DNA of 64,000 nucleotides, from positions 9,341 to 73,340 of the forward strand of contig JBKOZO010000073.1 in assembly GCA_046725935.1 (NCBI GenBank). The letters are read 5' to 3'. This document shows positions 46,187 to 56,031 of this stretch, in pieces; position 1 is the stretch's first letter, and the number at the start of each line of letters is the position of its first letter. Below the pieces are notes generated by a model. It was not told the origin of the DNA. It did no database searches and saw only the letters and a program-made list of their open reading frames with translations. The stretch comes from Acidobacteriota bacterium. Lineage in GTDB: Bacteria > Acidobacteriota > Thermoanaerobaculia > UBA5066 > Gp7-AA6. The position numbers were made by a program, and so were the translations under genes.

Positions 46187-48718
46187 ATGCCGCGTTTAGG
46201 ATTTCCTCATGTGCCCGAGCGAAGGTCTCGACCAGTGAACAAACCGTGGCGCTTTGTCACGGTCCTCGCGATGCTGGCGAGCGCGTTCGCCGCGAGTCTC
46301 GCGGCCCAGCCTGCCGGAAACGTTCGGCCGGGCCGGCAGAGGGGCGAAACGCTCCTGCCGAACGGCTGGAAGATCGCGCCCGCGGGCAAACACCTTCCGG
46401 TCGGCGACCTGCCTCTCGCGATGGTCCAGTCCCCGGACGGCCGCTACCTCATCGTCGAGAACAACGGGTACGCGAAACCATCGCTGACGGTCGTCGACCT
46501 GAAGCGATTCCTGGTCGTGGAGCGCGAGCCCATGGACAGCGCGTGGCTCGGCCTGGCCTGGCATCCCGACGGCCGCCGGCTCTATTCCTCGGGCTCCGCC
46601 TCGAATGCGATCCACGAGTTCCTCTGGGCGCAGAGCCGATTGAAGCCCGGGGCGACGATCTCGCTCGGGCCCAAGGAAGCCGGCAAGTTCGTCGGCGGCC
46701 TTTCGGTGAGCCCGGACGGAAAACATCTCTACGCGGTCAATCCGCTCGGGCAGACGCTCACCGAAGTGGACCTCGAGTCGAAAAGCGCACTGCGGACGAT
46801 TCCGCTCGAGGCCGAGCCCTACACCTGCCTCGTTTCGAAGGACGGCCGATCTCTCTACGTCTCGCTCTGGGGAGGCTCGCGAATCGCGATACTCGACTCG
46901 GGCACGCTCGAGAAATCCGGCGAGATCTCGACCGGCGAGCACCCGAGCGCGATCGTCGAATCGCCCGACGGCGCGCGGCTGTTCGTCGCGTGCGCCAACA
47001 CCAACGCGGTCTGGATTCTCGGGCTGGCCGAGCGCCGCGCCGAGGAAACCGTGTCGGTGTCGCTTTCGCCGAAGGCTCCCCCCGGCTCGACTCCGAATGC
47101 CGTCGCGATTTCCGGCGACGGACGCCGCCTCCTGGTCGCCAACGCGGACAACAACACCGTCGCGGTCGTGGACGTCTCGAAGCGGGGCCAGAGCCGCGTC
47201 GAAGGATTCGTGCCCACGGGCTGGTACCCGACCGGAGTGGCCTTCGACAAGGAGGATTCGCGCATCTTCGTTCTCTCGGGCAAGGGTCTCGCCTCGCAGG
47301 CGAATCCTCGCGGACCCGAGCCCGGAAGCGCCAACGACAGCCAGTACGTCGCGGCGCTGCTGACGGGTTCTCTCTCGGTCGTCGCCGCCCCGACGCCGTC
47401 CGCGCTGGCCGGATACACGCGCACCGTCTACCGGCTCAACCCCGGCCGCGACGCGACGCGCCCGTCTCCTTCCTCGTCTTCGAAGAGCTCGCCGATTCCG
47501 GCGAAGGTCGGCGGCAAATCACCGATCCGGCACGTCTTCTACATCGTCCGGGAGAATCGCACGTACGATCAGATCCTCGGGGACGTGGCGGCCGGCAACG
47601 GCGATCCCGATCTCTGCCTCTTCGGCGAGGAGGTCACGCCCAACGCGCACGCGATCGCCCGGCAGTTCGTGCTGCTCGACAACTTCTACGTGGACGCCGA
47701 GGTCAGCTTCGACGGCCACTCGTTCTCGACCGCCGCTTACGCCACCGACGCGACGGAGAAGCTCTGGCCCCAGTACTACGGGCGAGGAGACGGGAAGTAC
47801 CTCTCCGAAGGGGGAGGCCCGCAGGTCAACGCCTACGGCAACATCACAGCGCCGTCGGCGGGGTACATCTGGGACGCGTGCCGGCGCGCCGGAGTCAGCG
47901 TCCGCAGCTACGGCGAGTTCGCCGTTCCGCACCAGGAGAACGACGAGGACCGGGCCGGAGAGCCTCCGTACATCGGATCGGTGCCGGGACTGTCGGGTTT
48001 CGTCTGCCCGGACTACCCTCCCTACGACCTCTCGATCCCGGACGCACGCCGCGTGGACGTCTGGCTGCGCGAGTTCCGAGAGTTCGAGGCCAACGGAAAG
48101 CTCCCCCGACTGTCGATCTTGCGCCTCGGCAACGACCACACCGCGGGGACCCGGCCCGGATTCCCGACGCCGCGCGCCATGATCGCGGAAAACGACGCCG
48201 CCCTCGGCCGCCTCCTCGAGGCGATCTCGAAGAGCCGCTACTGGAAGGACTCGGCCGTGTTCGTCCTCGAAGACGACGCGCAGAACGGACCCGACCACGT
48301 CGACGCGCACCGCTCGGTCGCGCTCGTCGCGAGCCCCTGGACCAAGCGCGGCGCCGTCGACTCGACCCTCTATACGACCTCCGGCATTCTGCGGACGATC
48401 GAGCTCATTCTGGGTCTCCCGCCGATGAGCCAGTACGACGCGGCCGCCACGCCGATGCATCGCGCCTTCACCGACGCGCCGGACCTGCGGCCCTTCACGG
48501 CGCTGCCGGCGCGCATTCCACTCGACGAAAAGAACGATCCGGCCGCCTACGGCGCCGAAGCCTCGCTACGGATGGATCTCTCCGAGGCGGACCGAGCTCC
48601 CGACCAGGAGTTGAACGAGATCCTCTGGCGTTCGGTGCGCGGCGCCGACGCGCTCGTGCCGCCGGCCGTGCGCGCCGGTTTCGTGCGCCCTCTCGAAGGC
48701 GGCGGCGACGACGACTGA
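46187..48718 (+). CDS. Fusion protein: YncE-like beta-propeller plus phosphoesterase-family (PLC/acid phosphatase, Pfam04185-like) domain
   Basis: The N-terminal propeller has YVTN-type repeats (LYVSLWGGSRIAILD, LFVACANTNAVWIL). The C-terminal domain has IRHVFYIVRENRTYDQILGD, LGNDHTAG and LEDDAQNGPDHVDAHRS. The start (46187 versus GTG near 46235) is uncertain. Confidence 0.8.
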   Translation: MPRLGFPHVPERRSRPVNKPWRFVTVLAMLASAFAASLAAQPAGNVRPGRQRGETLLPNGWKIAPAGKHLPVGDLPLAMVQSPDGRYLIVENNGYAKPSLTVVDLKRFLVVEREPMDSAWLGLAWHPDGRRLYSSGSASNAIHEFLWAQSRLKPGATISLGPKEAGKFVGGLSVSPDGKHLYAVNPLGQTLTEVDLESKSALRTIPLEAEPYTCLVSKDGRSLYVSLWGGSRIAILDSGTLEKSGEISTGEHPSAIVESPDGARLFVACANTNAVWILGLAERRAEETVSVSLSPKAPPGSTPNAVAISGDGRRLLVANADNNTVAVVDVSKRGQSRVEGFVPTGWYPTGVAFDKEDSRIFVLSGKGLASQANPRGPEPGSANDSQYVAALLTGSLSVVAAPTPSALAGYTRTVYRLNPGRDATRPSPSSSSKSSPIPAKVGGKSPIRHVFYIVRENRTYDQILGDVAAGNGDPDLCLFGEEVTPNAHAIARQFVLLDNFYVDAEVSFDGHSFSTAAYATDATEKLWPQYYGRGDGKYLSEGGGPQVNAYGNITAPSAGYIWDACRRAGVSVRSYGEFAVPHQENDEDRAGEPPYIGSVPGLSGFVCPDYPPYDLSIPDARRVDVWLREFREFEANGKLPRLSILRLGNDHTAGTRPGFPTPRAMIAENDAALGRLLEAISKSRYWKDSAVFVLEDDAQNGPDHVDAHRSVALVASPWTKRGAVDSTLYTTSGILRTIELILGLPPMSQYDAAATPMHRAFTDAPDLRPFTALPARIPLDEKNDPAAYGAEASLRMDLSEADRAPDQELNEILWRSVRGADALVPPAVRAGFVRPLEGGGDDD

Positions 48719-48813
48719 CACCTTCTCGGCGCCCCGCGGATTTCGCAATCTTTGACGCCGCCTTCAAGGATGCTTCAAAGCCGAACCTTAGCTTCGCGTC
48801 CGGAGGATTCACT

Positions 48814-49002
48814 GTGAGAGAGAACGTCGCGACGGAATGGCCTCTGAACTGTCCCGAGTGCGGAAAACGCGTCACGATCGTGCTCGCGCACGATGCGGAG
48901 GTGGGCTGCGGATTTCACACGTGCCCGAATGGGCACGTTTTCATGTTCCATTACGACGGCTTCTCGGTCGGGAGAATCGGCCTTCTGTCCCGCCAGGCCT
49001 AG
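48814..49002 (+). CDS. 62-aa zinc-ribbon-like protein (hypothetical)
   Basis: A GTG start has SD GGAGGA 6 nt upstream. The CPECG...CPNGH metal-binding pattern is present. Confidence 0.35.
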   Translation: MRENVATEWPLNCPECGKRVTIVLAHDAEVGCGFHTCPNGHVFMFHYDGFSVGRIGLLSRQA

Positions 49003-49058
49003 GCCACGGCCGCGCAACCTCCTGTAGAGTCCGCACCACGGATTCACGAGGAGGACTC

Positions 49059-49967
49059 ATGCGCGTACGCACCCTTTTTCGCTTCCTCAGCTCGTTGGCC
49101 GCCGCGCTCATTCTCTCGGCCGCCGCGCGCGCGGCGGAGCCGGCGATCGCGTCGCGCTTCATCGACGTCGACGGCCTTCGACTGCACTACCTGACGGCGG
49201 GACACGGCGAGCCGCTGATCCTGTTGCACGGATATGCCGAAACCTCGAGGATGTGGCGTCCGGTCATTCCCCTTTTCGCGGAGAAGTTCACGGTCATCGC
49301 CCCCGATCTTCCCGGCATCGGCGAATCCGCGATCCCGAAGGACGGACTGACCATGAAGACCTCGGCCGTGCGCATCCACGCTCTGGCGAAGGCGCTGGGC
49401 GTCTCGAAGGCGCGCGTCGTCGGCCACGACATCGGGTTGATGGTGGCCTATGCCTACGCCGCCATGTTCCCCGCGGAAGTCGAGAAGCTCGTCCTGATGG
49501 ACGCCTTTCTCCCCGGAATCGAAGGGTGGGAGCCGGTCTACAACAACCCCGGCATCTGGCATTTCCGCTTCTACGGCCCGACTCCCGAGGCACTCGTCAA
49601 AGGACGGGAGCGCACGTTCTTCGAGCGTTTCTGGAACGACTTCGCCGCGGACAAGAACCATTCGATTCCCGGGGAAGACCGAAAGGCATACACGGCGGCC
49701 TACGCCGCGCCCGGACGCATGCGCGCGGGATTCTCCTATTTCGAATCCCTTCCACAGACAGCCAGGGACTTCGCCGAGCTCTCGAAGACGCGGCTGACGA
49801 TGCCGGTTCTTTCGATCGGGGGAGAAAAGTCCCTGGGAGACGCACTCGCGGCGCAGACGAAGCTCGTCGGCACCAACGTCACGACGATCGTCCTCAAGGA
49901 CGCGGGGCACTGGATCCTCGAGGAGAAGCCGAAGGAGACCACTGACGCCCTTCGAAAGTTCATCTAG
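49059..49967 (+). CDS. Secreted alpha/beta hydrolase (epoxide hydrolase/haloalkane dehalogenase-like)
   Basis: It has SD GAGGAGGA and a signal peptide. The HGYAET oxyanion region, VVGHDIGLMVAY (Asp nucleophile type) and a C-terminal GHW motif are present. Confidence 0.87.
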   Translation: MRVRTLFRFLSSLAAALILSAAARAAEPAIASRFIDVDGLRLHYLTAGHGEPLILLHGYAETSRMWRPVIPLFAEKFTVIAPDLPGIGESAIPKDGLTMKTSAVRIHALAKALGVSKARVVGHDIGLMVAYAYAAMFPAEVEKLVLMDAFLPGIEGWEPVYNNPGIWHFRFYGPTPEALVKGRERTFFERFWNDFAADKNHSIPGEDRKAYTAAYAAPGRMRAGFSYFESLPQTARDFAELSKTRLTMPVLSIGGEKSLGDALAAQTKLVGTNVTTIVLKDAGHWILEEKPKETTDALRKFI

Positions 49968-50295
49968 TTTTTCCGAGGTCTCCCGAGCGATCTTCAAACG
50001 AATCTCGCACCCGTCGTCGGATACTTCTGCCATGCTCCACCATCCTTGGAAGTGCAACCGGGGGCACGAGAACCGGACGCCGATCCCGCCGGAATCGCGG
50101 AAGGGTCCGCGGCGGCGCATCGTCCTCTGGTGCGCCGAGCCCGGCTGCACCGAGCAGACGGCGATTTTTGTCGGCGAGTCGGAGGGCCCGCCGCCCGCGC
50201 GGAAGCCCCGGCGCCCCGGGCCGGAAAAAGGGCAAACATAGGCCTGTCCTTCCCTCCGTAGACCTGTACTTTCGTTCAGGTATAGTTCGCCCACC

Positions 50296-51654
50296 TTGAG
50301 CAGGGGGGTCGGGGTTTGGACTCGGCGACCGGGGAACTTCGCGCCACGTCGTTCTCCCGCCGCACAACCCTTCTCCATTGACCAATTTGCCTTCGCGGCC
50401 CTCGCGGTCCACCTCCTCCTGGTCCTGACACTCCGAGTGACGGCTTGGCCGGAAGTCACCACGCCGGGCTACCTCTGGTCCCGAGGAATGCTGATGTATC
50501 GCGACATCAAGCTGCTCCACACGCCCGGCACGACCGGCAGTCTCGCGATCGCGTTCTGGCTCTTCGGACCTCGTACCTGGCTCGTCCGCGCCTACGCGAT
50601 CCTCTGGCCGGTTCTGGCGCACATCGCTCTCTTGCGCGAGACACGGCATTTTCCGCTCTGGAACCGAGCCCTGACTTCCGCCTTCTTCCTGGTGGTCTTC
50701 CTCTCGACCGAGGGCAACGCGGTCTGGCCTACGGTCGTCATGGCGGCCCTCTCGATTCCCATCGCTCGAGCGCTGAGCGTGGGCCGATTCCGGACCGCGG
50801 GCCTGCTCTTCGGGCTCGCGATCCTCTTGAAGCAGACGGCGGCCTACGCGCTTTTCATCGCCGTGGCGTGCCTGCTCGCGAGGCGCCGCCGGCGCGAGGC
50901 TTCGATCGTCCTGGCCGGCGGCTGCGTCCCGTATTTCCTGGCGCTCGGGCTCTTCGCCCTTCTCGGCGCCGCTCCCGACATGTGGCGCTGGACCGTCATC
51001 GTCCCCTTCACGGTGACGGAGCCGCTGGTGTTCCGGCCCGACCTCCTGACCGCCATGGAGCTGCTGCTGGGCTTTCTTCCTCTGGCGGTCGAGGCCGCTC
51101 TCGAGAAACCGGGCGAGTACGAAACGTCGGCGCGATGGCTGCTGGTCGTCGCCCTGGGCTTCGGCCTGATCTGTTTTCCCCGCTTCCAGGTCCTTCAGAC
51201 CGTCGCGTCGGTTCCCTGCCTGGCCGTCGGCGCATCGCGCCTCATGCGCCGGCAATGGCGGTGGCTGCCCGCCGCGACCGTCGCGGCGTTCGTTCTGACG
51301 TTCGTGATCTCTCGCGGAGCCGTTCTCGCGATGGGAGGCGATTTCGACGGCAAGGTGCTGTTCTGGAACGACGAGCCCGCCTTCAACGCCCTCGTCGAAC
51401 GCCTGCACGCCATGCCGGCCGACACGCCTGTGTACTCGGAGCTCTGGGCCAACGTTCACCCTCGCGCGGAAAAGCTTCCGCCCGGCCACATCTACGTGCA
51501 CCATTGGCTGTCCTACTTCTTCCCCGTGGACCACGCGGGCGAGCGGATGGCCCGAGCGCGGTCTCAGCCCGGAACCGTCATCGTGGGGTATCGCGGATTT
51601 CGGCCGGACGCGATCTCCCTCCGGCCCTACGCGATCGCGCTGCAGGGACCGTAG
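50296..51654 (+). CDS. Polytopic membrane protein, GT-C/ArnT-like glycosyltransferase candidate
   Basis: It has about 10 hydrophobic helices followed by a soluble C-terminal ~110 aa. It uses a non-ATG start, and both the start and the family are uncertain. Confidence 0.5.
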   Translation: MSRGVGVWTRRPGNFAPRRSPAAQPFSIDQFAFAALAVHLLLVLTLRVTAWPEVTTPGYLWSRGMLMYRDIKLLHTPGTTGSLAIAFWLFGPRTWLVRAYAILWPVLAHIALLRETRHFPLWNRALTSAFFLVVFLSTEGNAVWPTVVMAALSIPIARALSVGRFRTAGLLFGLAILLKQTAAYALFIAVACLLARRRRREASIVLAGGCVPYFLALGLFALLGAAPDMWRWTVIVPFTVTEPLVFRPDLLTAMELLLGFLPLAVEAALEKPGEYETSARWLLVVALGFGLICFPRFQVLQTVASVPCLAVGASRLMRRQWRWLPAATVAAFVLTFVISRGAVLAMGGDFDGKVLFWNDEPAFNALVERLHAMPADTPVYSELWANVHPRAEKLPPGHIYVHHWLSYFFPVDHAGERMARARSQPGTVIVGYRGFRPDAISLRPYAIALQGP

Positions 51655-51762
51655 TCTCCGCGCCGTTCGACCGCTCGCTGCGCCCGCTCGGCGGCCCTCT
51701 CCGTCCGCTCGGCGAGACGTCCCTGCGTCGTCTCTCCGACGGCGTAGGCTGCCGCCGACCTG

Positions 51763-52257
51763 ATGGAGATTCGCGAAGAGCGCCTCGAGGACATCGCGGC
51801 CATTCGTGAGGTGAACCGGCGCGCGTTCGGCTCGGACCTGGAGGCCAGGATCATCGATGCGCTGAGGTCGAAGGGAGGCCTCTCCCTGTCTCTGGTCGCG
51901 CTGCTGGACGGCCGCTTCGTCGGCCACATCGCGTACAGTCCCGCATCCATCGGCGGCGTGACCGGAGCGGCCCTGGGCCCCATGGCCGTCCTCCCCGAGG
52001 ACCAGCGGCGAGGAATCGGGACTCGACTGGTCGAGGCCGGAAACCGACAACTCGAGCAGCGAGGCTGTCCCTTCATCGCCGTCGTCGGTCACGCGAGCTT
52101 CTACCCGCGATTTGGATTCGCGCCGGCGGGCGGGCGCGGGATCCGGAGCGAATGGGACGTCCCCGACGAGTCCTTCATGCTCCTAGTTCTCGACGAAGGA
52201 AAGATGCGGGGCGTTTCGGGTACGGCCAGGTACCGGCCCGAGTTTTCGAGCGCTTGA
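51763..52257 (+). CDS. GNAT-family N-acetyltransferase
   Basis: 164 aa with acetyl-CoA motif A QRRGIGTRLV. Confidence 0.85.
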   Translation: MEIREERLEDIAAIREVNRRAFGSDLEARIIDALRSKGGLSLSLVALLDGRFVGHIAYSPASIGGVTGAALGPMAVLPEDQRRGIGTRLVEAGNRQLEQRGCPFIAVVGHASFYPRFGFAPAGGRGIRSEWDVPDESFMLLVLDEGKMRGVSGTARYRPEFSSA

Positions 52258-52262
52258 ACCGG

Positions 52263-53033
52263 ATGGCCCACCTGACGGGGCAGGTGGCGCTCGTGACCGG
52301 CGCCAGTCGCGGAGTCGGCCGCGGAGTGGCGATCGGCCTCGCGCATGCCGGCGCGAACGTCTTCGCGACGAGTCGAAGCGTCGATCGAGCGGACCTCGGC
52401 CCCGGGATCGCGAGACTTCCGTGCGACCTCACCGACGACCGCGCCGTCGCCGCGTTGTTCCGGCAAATCGACGAGCAGGCGGGCCGGCTGGACATCCTCG
52501 TGAATGCCGCCTGGGGAGGGTACGAGCGCATGGTCGAAGACGGGCTTTTCACCTGGCCTGCGCCCTTCTGGAAGCAGCCGACCTGGCGGTGGGACGCGAT
52601 GATCACCGCCGGCGTACGCGCCGCTTTCGTCGCCAGCCAGCACGCGACCCGAAGGATGGTCCCGGCCCGACGCGGCCTGATCGTGCACATCTCGTCCTGG
52701 GCGGCGCAGAAATACGCGGGCAACGTTCTCTACGGCGTGGCGAAGACGGCGACGGACAAGATGGCGTCCGACATGGCCCACGAGGCCGGAGCTCGAGGCG
52801 TGACCATCGTGTCGCTCTACCCCGGTCTCGTACGCACCGAGGCGGTCCTCGCAGCCGGTGTGTTCGACCTGAGCAACTCCGAAAGCCCCGAGTTCGTCGG
52901 GCAGGCGGTCGCCGCGCTGGCGAGCGACCCCGACGTCTCCCGCTGGAACGGATCCGTCGTCGTGGCGGCCGCGCTGGCCGAGGAATACGGCTTCGACGAC
53001 GTCGACGGGAAGCGCCCGCGACCTCTGCGCTGA
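52263..53033 (+). CDS. Short-chain dehydrogenase/reductase (SDR)
   Basis: TGASRGVGRG (TGxxxGxG) and YGVAKTA (YxxxK) are present. Confidence 0.88.
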   Translation: MAHLTGQVALVTGASRGVGRGVAIGLAHAGANVFATSRSVDRADLGPGIARLPCDLTDDRAVAALFRQIDEQAGRLDILVNAAWGGYERMVEDGLFTWPAPFWKQPTWRWDAMITAGVRAAFVASQHATRRMVPARRGLIVHISSWAAQKYAGNVLYGVAKTATDKMASDMAHEAGARGVTIVSLYPGLVRTEAVLAAGVFDLSNSESPEFVGQAVAALASDPDVSRWNGSVVVAAALAEEYGFDDVDGKRPRPLR

Positions 53034-53172
53034 GCGACATGTAAGGCTTCACTTACGGCGAAGCCACCGGTCGAGAAGCCGCGCTTCCACGTCCGGAGCG
53101 AGTTCGTCGGTATACGGCGCCGCGGGCAATTGCAACGCCCGGCGGACCGCCGCTCGCGTTAGAGTCTGGCCA

Positions 53173-54822
53173 TTGCTCCACTCCCGCAAAGCGTTGCTGA
53201 TCGTCGTCGCGGCGCTCGCGTCCGTGAGCTCAACCTGGCGCACGGGAGACGAGGTCGCATCGCTGCGCGACATCGTCTCGAGCGGGCACCTGGCCGATCT
53301 TCGCTGGCCCGACTTCTCCGATTACAAGGAGCATCTCGCCGCGTTCTACGAGCCGGCCGGCTACGCACCGGCGTGGCTCCAGGGCGGGCAGCCGACGCCG
53401 CAGGCTCTCGAGCTGATCCGGCAGTTCGAGGAGGCCTGGAAGAAAGGACTGGAGCCCGAAGACTACGACGCCTCGCGGTGGAACGCGCGCCTCGAGGCCC
53501 TGAAGGGACCCGGGGCGGACCCGGCCCGATTCGACGCGGCGATGAGCGTTTGCGCCATGCGTCTCGTGTCGGATCTTCGAATCGGACGCACCAACCCGCA
53601 GCATTTCCACTTCGGTCTGAGCGTCGAGGCGAAGAAGTACGACCTCGCGCGTTTCCTTCGCGAGCGGTTACTGACGTCGTCGGACATTCCTTCGCTCATC
53701 GACTCCGTCGAGCCGCCCTTCGGGGGCTATCGCCGGACCCGGGCCGCGCTCGTCCGCTACATCGAGCTCGCGCGGCGCGACGACTTCGAAAAGCTTCCGA
53801 CTCCGGCGAAACCCGTCGATCCCGGCAAGCCCTACGCCGGAGCGCCCCGGCTTCGCCGGCTCCTGACGCTCGTCGGCGATCTCCCGCCGGACGCGGCAGG
53901 GCCGGCCGATCTGCAGACCTACGACACGGCACTCGCGGAGGCGGTCAAGCGTTTTCAGCTCCGCCACGGCCTCGACGCCGACGGACGCCTCGGGCCCGGG
54001 ACCGTCCTGGAGCTCAACGTGCCGCTCTCGGACCGCGTGCGTCAGCTGCAGCTCGCGCTGGAACGCTGGCGCTGGCTGCCGGCCGAGTTCTCCGCGCCCC
54101 CGATCTTCGTCAACATCCCCGACTTTCGCCTGCGCACCGTCGGCGCCGACGGCCGGGTCGTCATGGACATGCCCGTCGTGGTCGGAAAGGCCATGCGGAC
54201 CGAGACGCCCGTCTTCTCGCGGGACATGATCTACGTCGTCTTCCGGCCTTACTGGAACGTTCCACCCAGCATTCTCCGCGCCGAGATCGTTCCCGCGATC
54301 CAGCGCGACCGCAATTACATCGCCCGGAAGGGATTCGAGATCACGACGCCCGACGGCCGGGTGGTCACCGACGGACCTGTTTCTGACGATGTCCTCGCAC
54401 AGCTCAAGGCGAGCAAGCTCGCTGTGCGTCAGAAGCCGGGAACAACCAATGCTCTCGGGCTCGTCAAGCTCATGTTCCCGAACGAGTACAACGTCTACCT
54501 GCACAGCACGCCGGCCCAGGAACTGTTTTCGAAGACCCGCCGCGACTTCAGCCACGGCTGCATCCGCGTGGAAAAGCCCGCGGAGCTCGCCGCGTGGGCG
54601 CTTCGCGACAATCCCGACTGGCCGCTCGAACGCGTCCAGTCCGCCATGCAGACGGGCCCGGACAACGTGACGGTCAAGCTCGTCCGCCCGATCCCGGTGT
54701 TCATCGTCTACGCGACGGCGTACGCCTACGAGAACGGCGAGGTCCACTTCTGGGACGACATCTACGGCCACGACGCCACGCTCGAGCAGGCGCTGGCCCA
54801 GGGCTATCCCTACCCCTGGTAG
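53173..54822 (+). CDS. L,D-transpeptidase (YcbB-like) with peptidoglycan-binding domain
   Basis: It has PG-binding AVKRFQLRHGLDADGRLGPGT and the YkuD catalytic region HSTP...FSHGCIRVE. It uses a non-ATG start. Confidence 0.88.
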   Translation: MLHSRKALLIVVAALASVSSTWRTGDEVASLRDIVSSGHLADLRWPDFSDYKEHLAAFYEPAGYAPAWLQGGQPTPQALELIRQFEEAWKKGLEPEDYDASRWNARLEALKGPGADPARFDAAMSVCAMRLVSDLRIGRTNPQHFHFGLSVEAKKYDLARFLRERLLTSSDIPSLIDSVEPPFGGYRRTRAALVRYIELARRDDFEKLPTPAKPVDPGKPYAGAPRLRRLLTLVGDLPPDAAGPADLQTYDTALAEAVKRFQLRHGLDADGRLGPGTVLELNVPLSDRVRQLQLALERWRWLPAEFSAPPIFVNIPDFRLRTVGADGRVVMDMPVVVGKAMRTETPVFSRDMIYVVFRPYWNVPPSILRAEIVPAIQRDRNYIARKGFEITTPDGRVVTDGPVSDDVLAQLKASKLAVRQKPGTTNALGLVKLMFPNEYNVYLHSTPAQELFSKTRRDFSHGCIRVEKPAELAAWALRDNPDWPLERVQSAMQTGPDNVTVKLVRPIPVFIVYATAYAYENGEVHFWDDIYGHDATLEQALAQGYPYPW

Positions 54823-54864
54823 ACGGTTCGGACGGCTAAGTTCGGTAGGCGTGACGCGACGCTT

Positions 54865-54891
54865 TTGGCAGAAGCGTGTGGGAGTCGAACC
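54865..54891. repeat. 27-nt direct repeat of the tRNA-Sec 3' end (distal att-like site)
   Basis: ttggcAgaagcgtgtgggagtcgaacc matches ttggcGgaagcgtgtgggagtcgaacc at 56828-56854 (26/27), in the same orientation. Confidence 0.85.
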
Positions 54892-55398
54892 TATTCCGAT
54901 TTGTAGGCTTTCTTAGGGAATTCGAGCACTTTGTCAGCGCCGGTGGCGGTCTTGCAGCGAACCGGAGCGAACCAATTGCGTTTCGCGAGACCTGTTGGCT
55001 AGCTCCTTCGCGACCAGGAGGCGAAAACTTGTTGAGGAGTCTCTACCAGGCCTTGAGTTGGGTCGACTGTCTCAAGACCGGTACCACAGATGGCATCTCG
55101 GCCCCGAGCAAGCCGTGGAAGCCCACCGTCGCGTGCGCGGCGCGGTCATGTTGCGGGTGCACTGGGGTCTCTTCGCCCTGGCGTCGCACGGCACGGCTGG
55201 ACCGAGCCGATCGAGCGAGTGCTCGTGGCGGCCCGCGACGCGGGTGCGGTGGTCATCTCTCCTCCGCCGGGGCAGAGCGTCGAGCCGACCGCGGAGAGGC
55301 CTCAGCAGCATTGGTGGCCGACACGGCCATGGCGCACCGGGGCGGAGAACCCGGTCGTCGCGCACCACGGGGACTGAGCCGCTCGCGTCGGCGGAAGA

Positions 55399-55977
55399 TC
55401 AGGTTCGCAGCGATCCAACGTGTCGATAACTGTTGATGAGCACGCCAGAGGACATGGCCTTCGTGCCGACGAGAGCGAGCTCGCGCGGGTCCGCACTGTC
55501 CGAAAAGAAGCGTTTGCCCAGGCCCAGCAAGACCGGGTAGACGAGCAGCAGAACCTCGTCGACCAGTCCCTGCTCGAGCAGCACGGACGTCAGCGTCGAA
55601 CTTCCCCAGAGGATCAGGTCAGGGCCGTCCTTCGACTTGACGCCGCGAATACCCTCCATGACGTCCGCGCCGAGGTTCCCGACCGGGCCCCATTCGAGGC
55701 TGTCCGGCCTGTGGGTCGCGACGTATTTCGTCGCAGCATTCAGACCGTTTGCTATCGGACTATTCCCGGCCTTCGGCCAGTAGCCGGACCAGAGATCGTA
55801 GGTGCGGCGGCCAAGCAGCAGATCGAAGTTGCTGCCCTGTGCCTCCATGACGGCCTCTAACCCAGCCGGGGTTCGATATGGCGCCGTCCATCCGCCGTTC
55901 GCGAAGTCTTCGCCCCGTCCGCCGGGCGATATCACGCCGTCCAGCGAGATGTGTTCCATGATTTTGATCTTTCTCAT
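55399..55977 (-). CDS. Dihydrofolate reductase-like (RibD C-terminal domain) family protein
   Basis: 192 aa starting MRKIKIMEHISLDGVI, with LLLGRRTYD and LILWGSSTL motifs. Confidence 0.85.
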   Translation of the reverse strand: MRKIKIMEHISLDGVISPGGRGEDFANGGWTAPYRTPAGLEAVMEAQGSNFDLLLGRRTYDLWSGYWPKAGNSPIANGLNAATKYVATHRPDSLEWGPVGNLGADVMEGIRGVKSKDGPDLILWGSSTLTSVLLEQGLVDEVLLLVYPVLLGLGKRFFSDSADPRELALVGTKAMSSGVLINSYRHVGSLRT

Positions 55978-56031
55978 TTTGCGTCTCCATCTGTCAGATG
56001 TTTTCTCCTCTCGCGTCCGACACCGAACAGC

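Noticed and set aside
46172-46187. TGGCGAagtgcGCGCG (minus strand) upstream of the PhoX-like gene.
   Set aside because: Only the GG and GC dinucleotides match, which is expected by chance in GC-rich DNA.
50032-50241. 69-aa ORF with a CxxxH...CxxxxC pattern in the spacer before the membrane-protein gene.
   Set aside because: It has a weak ribosome-binding context and a basic low-complexity tail. It cannot be supported without conservation data.
50259-50286. Sigma-70-like TAGACC-N16-TATAGT before the 50296 membrane-protein gene, and TACAAT boxes before 57627 and about 9214.
   Set aside because: The -10 hexamers are good, but the -35 elements are weak and the predicted TSSs sit almost on the annotated start codons. 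There is not enough support to report them as features.
53049-53273. 74-aa ORF antisense to the start of the L,D-transpeptidase gene.
   Set aside because: It has no SD or recognisable motif, and it overlaps the transpeptidase N-terminus by about 100 nt. It is probably spurious.
55072-55400. Possible tyrosine-integrase remnant inside the selC islet (minus-strand frame HDRAAHATVGFHGLLGAEMPSVVPVLRQSTQLKAW), and the 98-186 aa ORFs listed there.
   Set aside because: The resemblance to the HxLRH...LGHS...Y motif is too weak to call without a profile search. The listed ORFs are Arg/Pro-rich with no motifs. It is mentioned only as a hypothesis within the islet finding.
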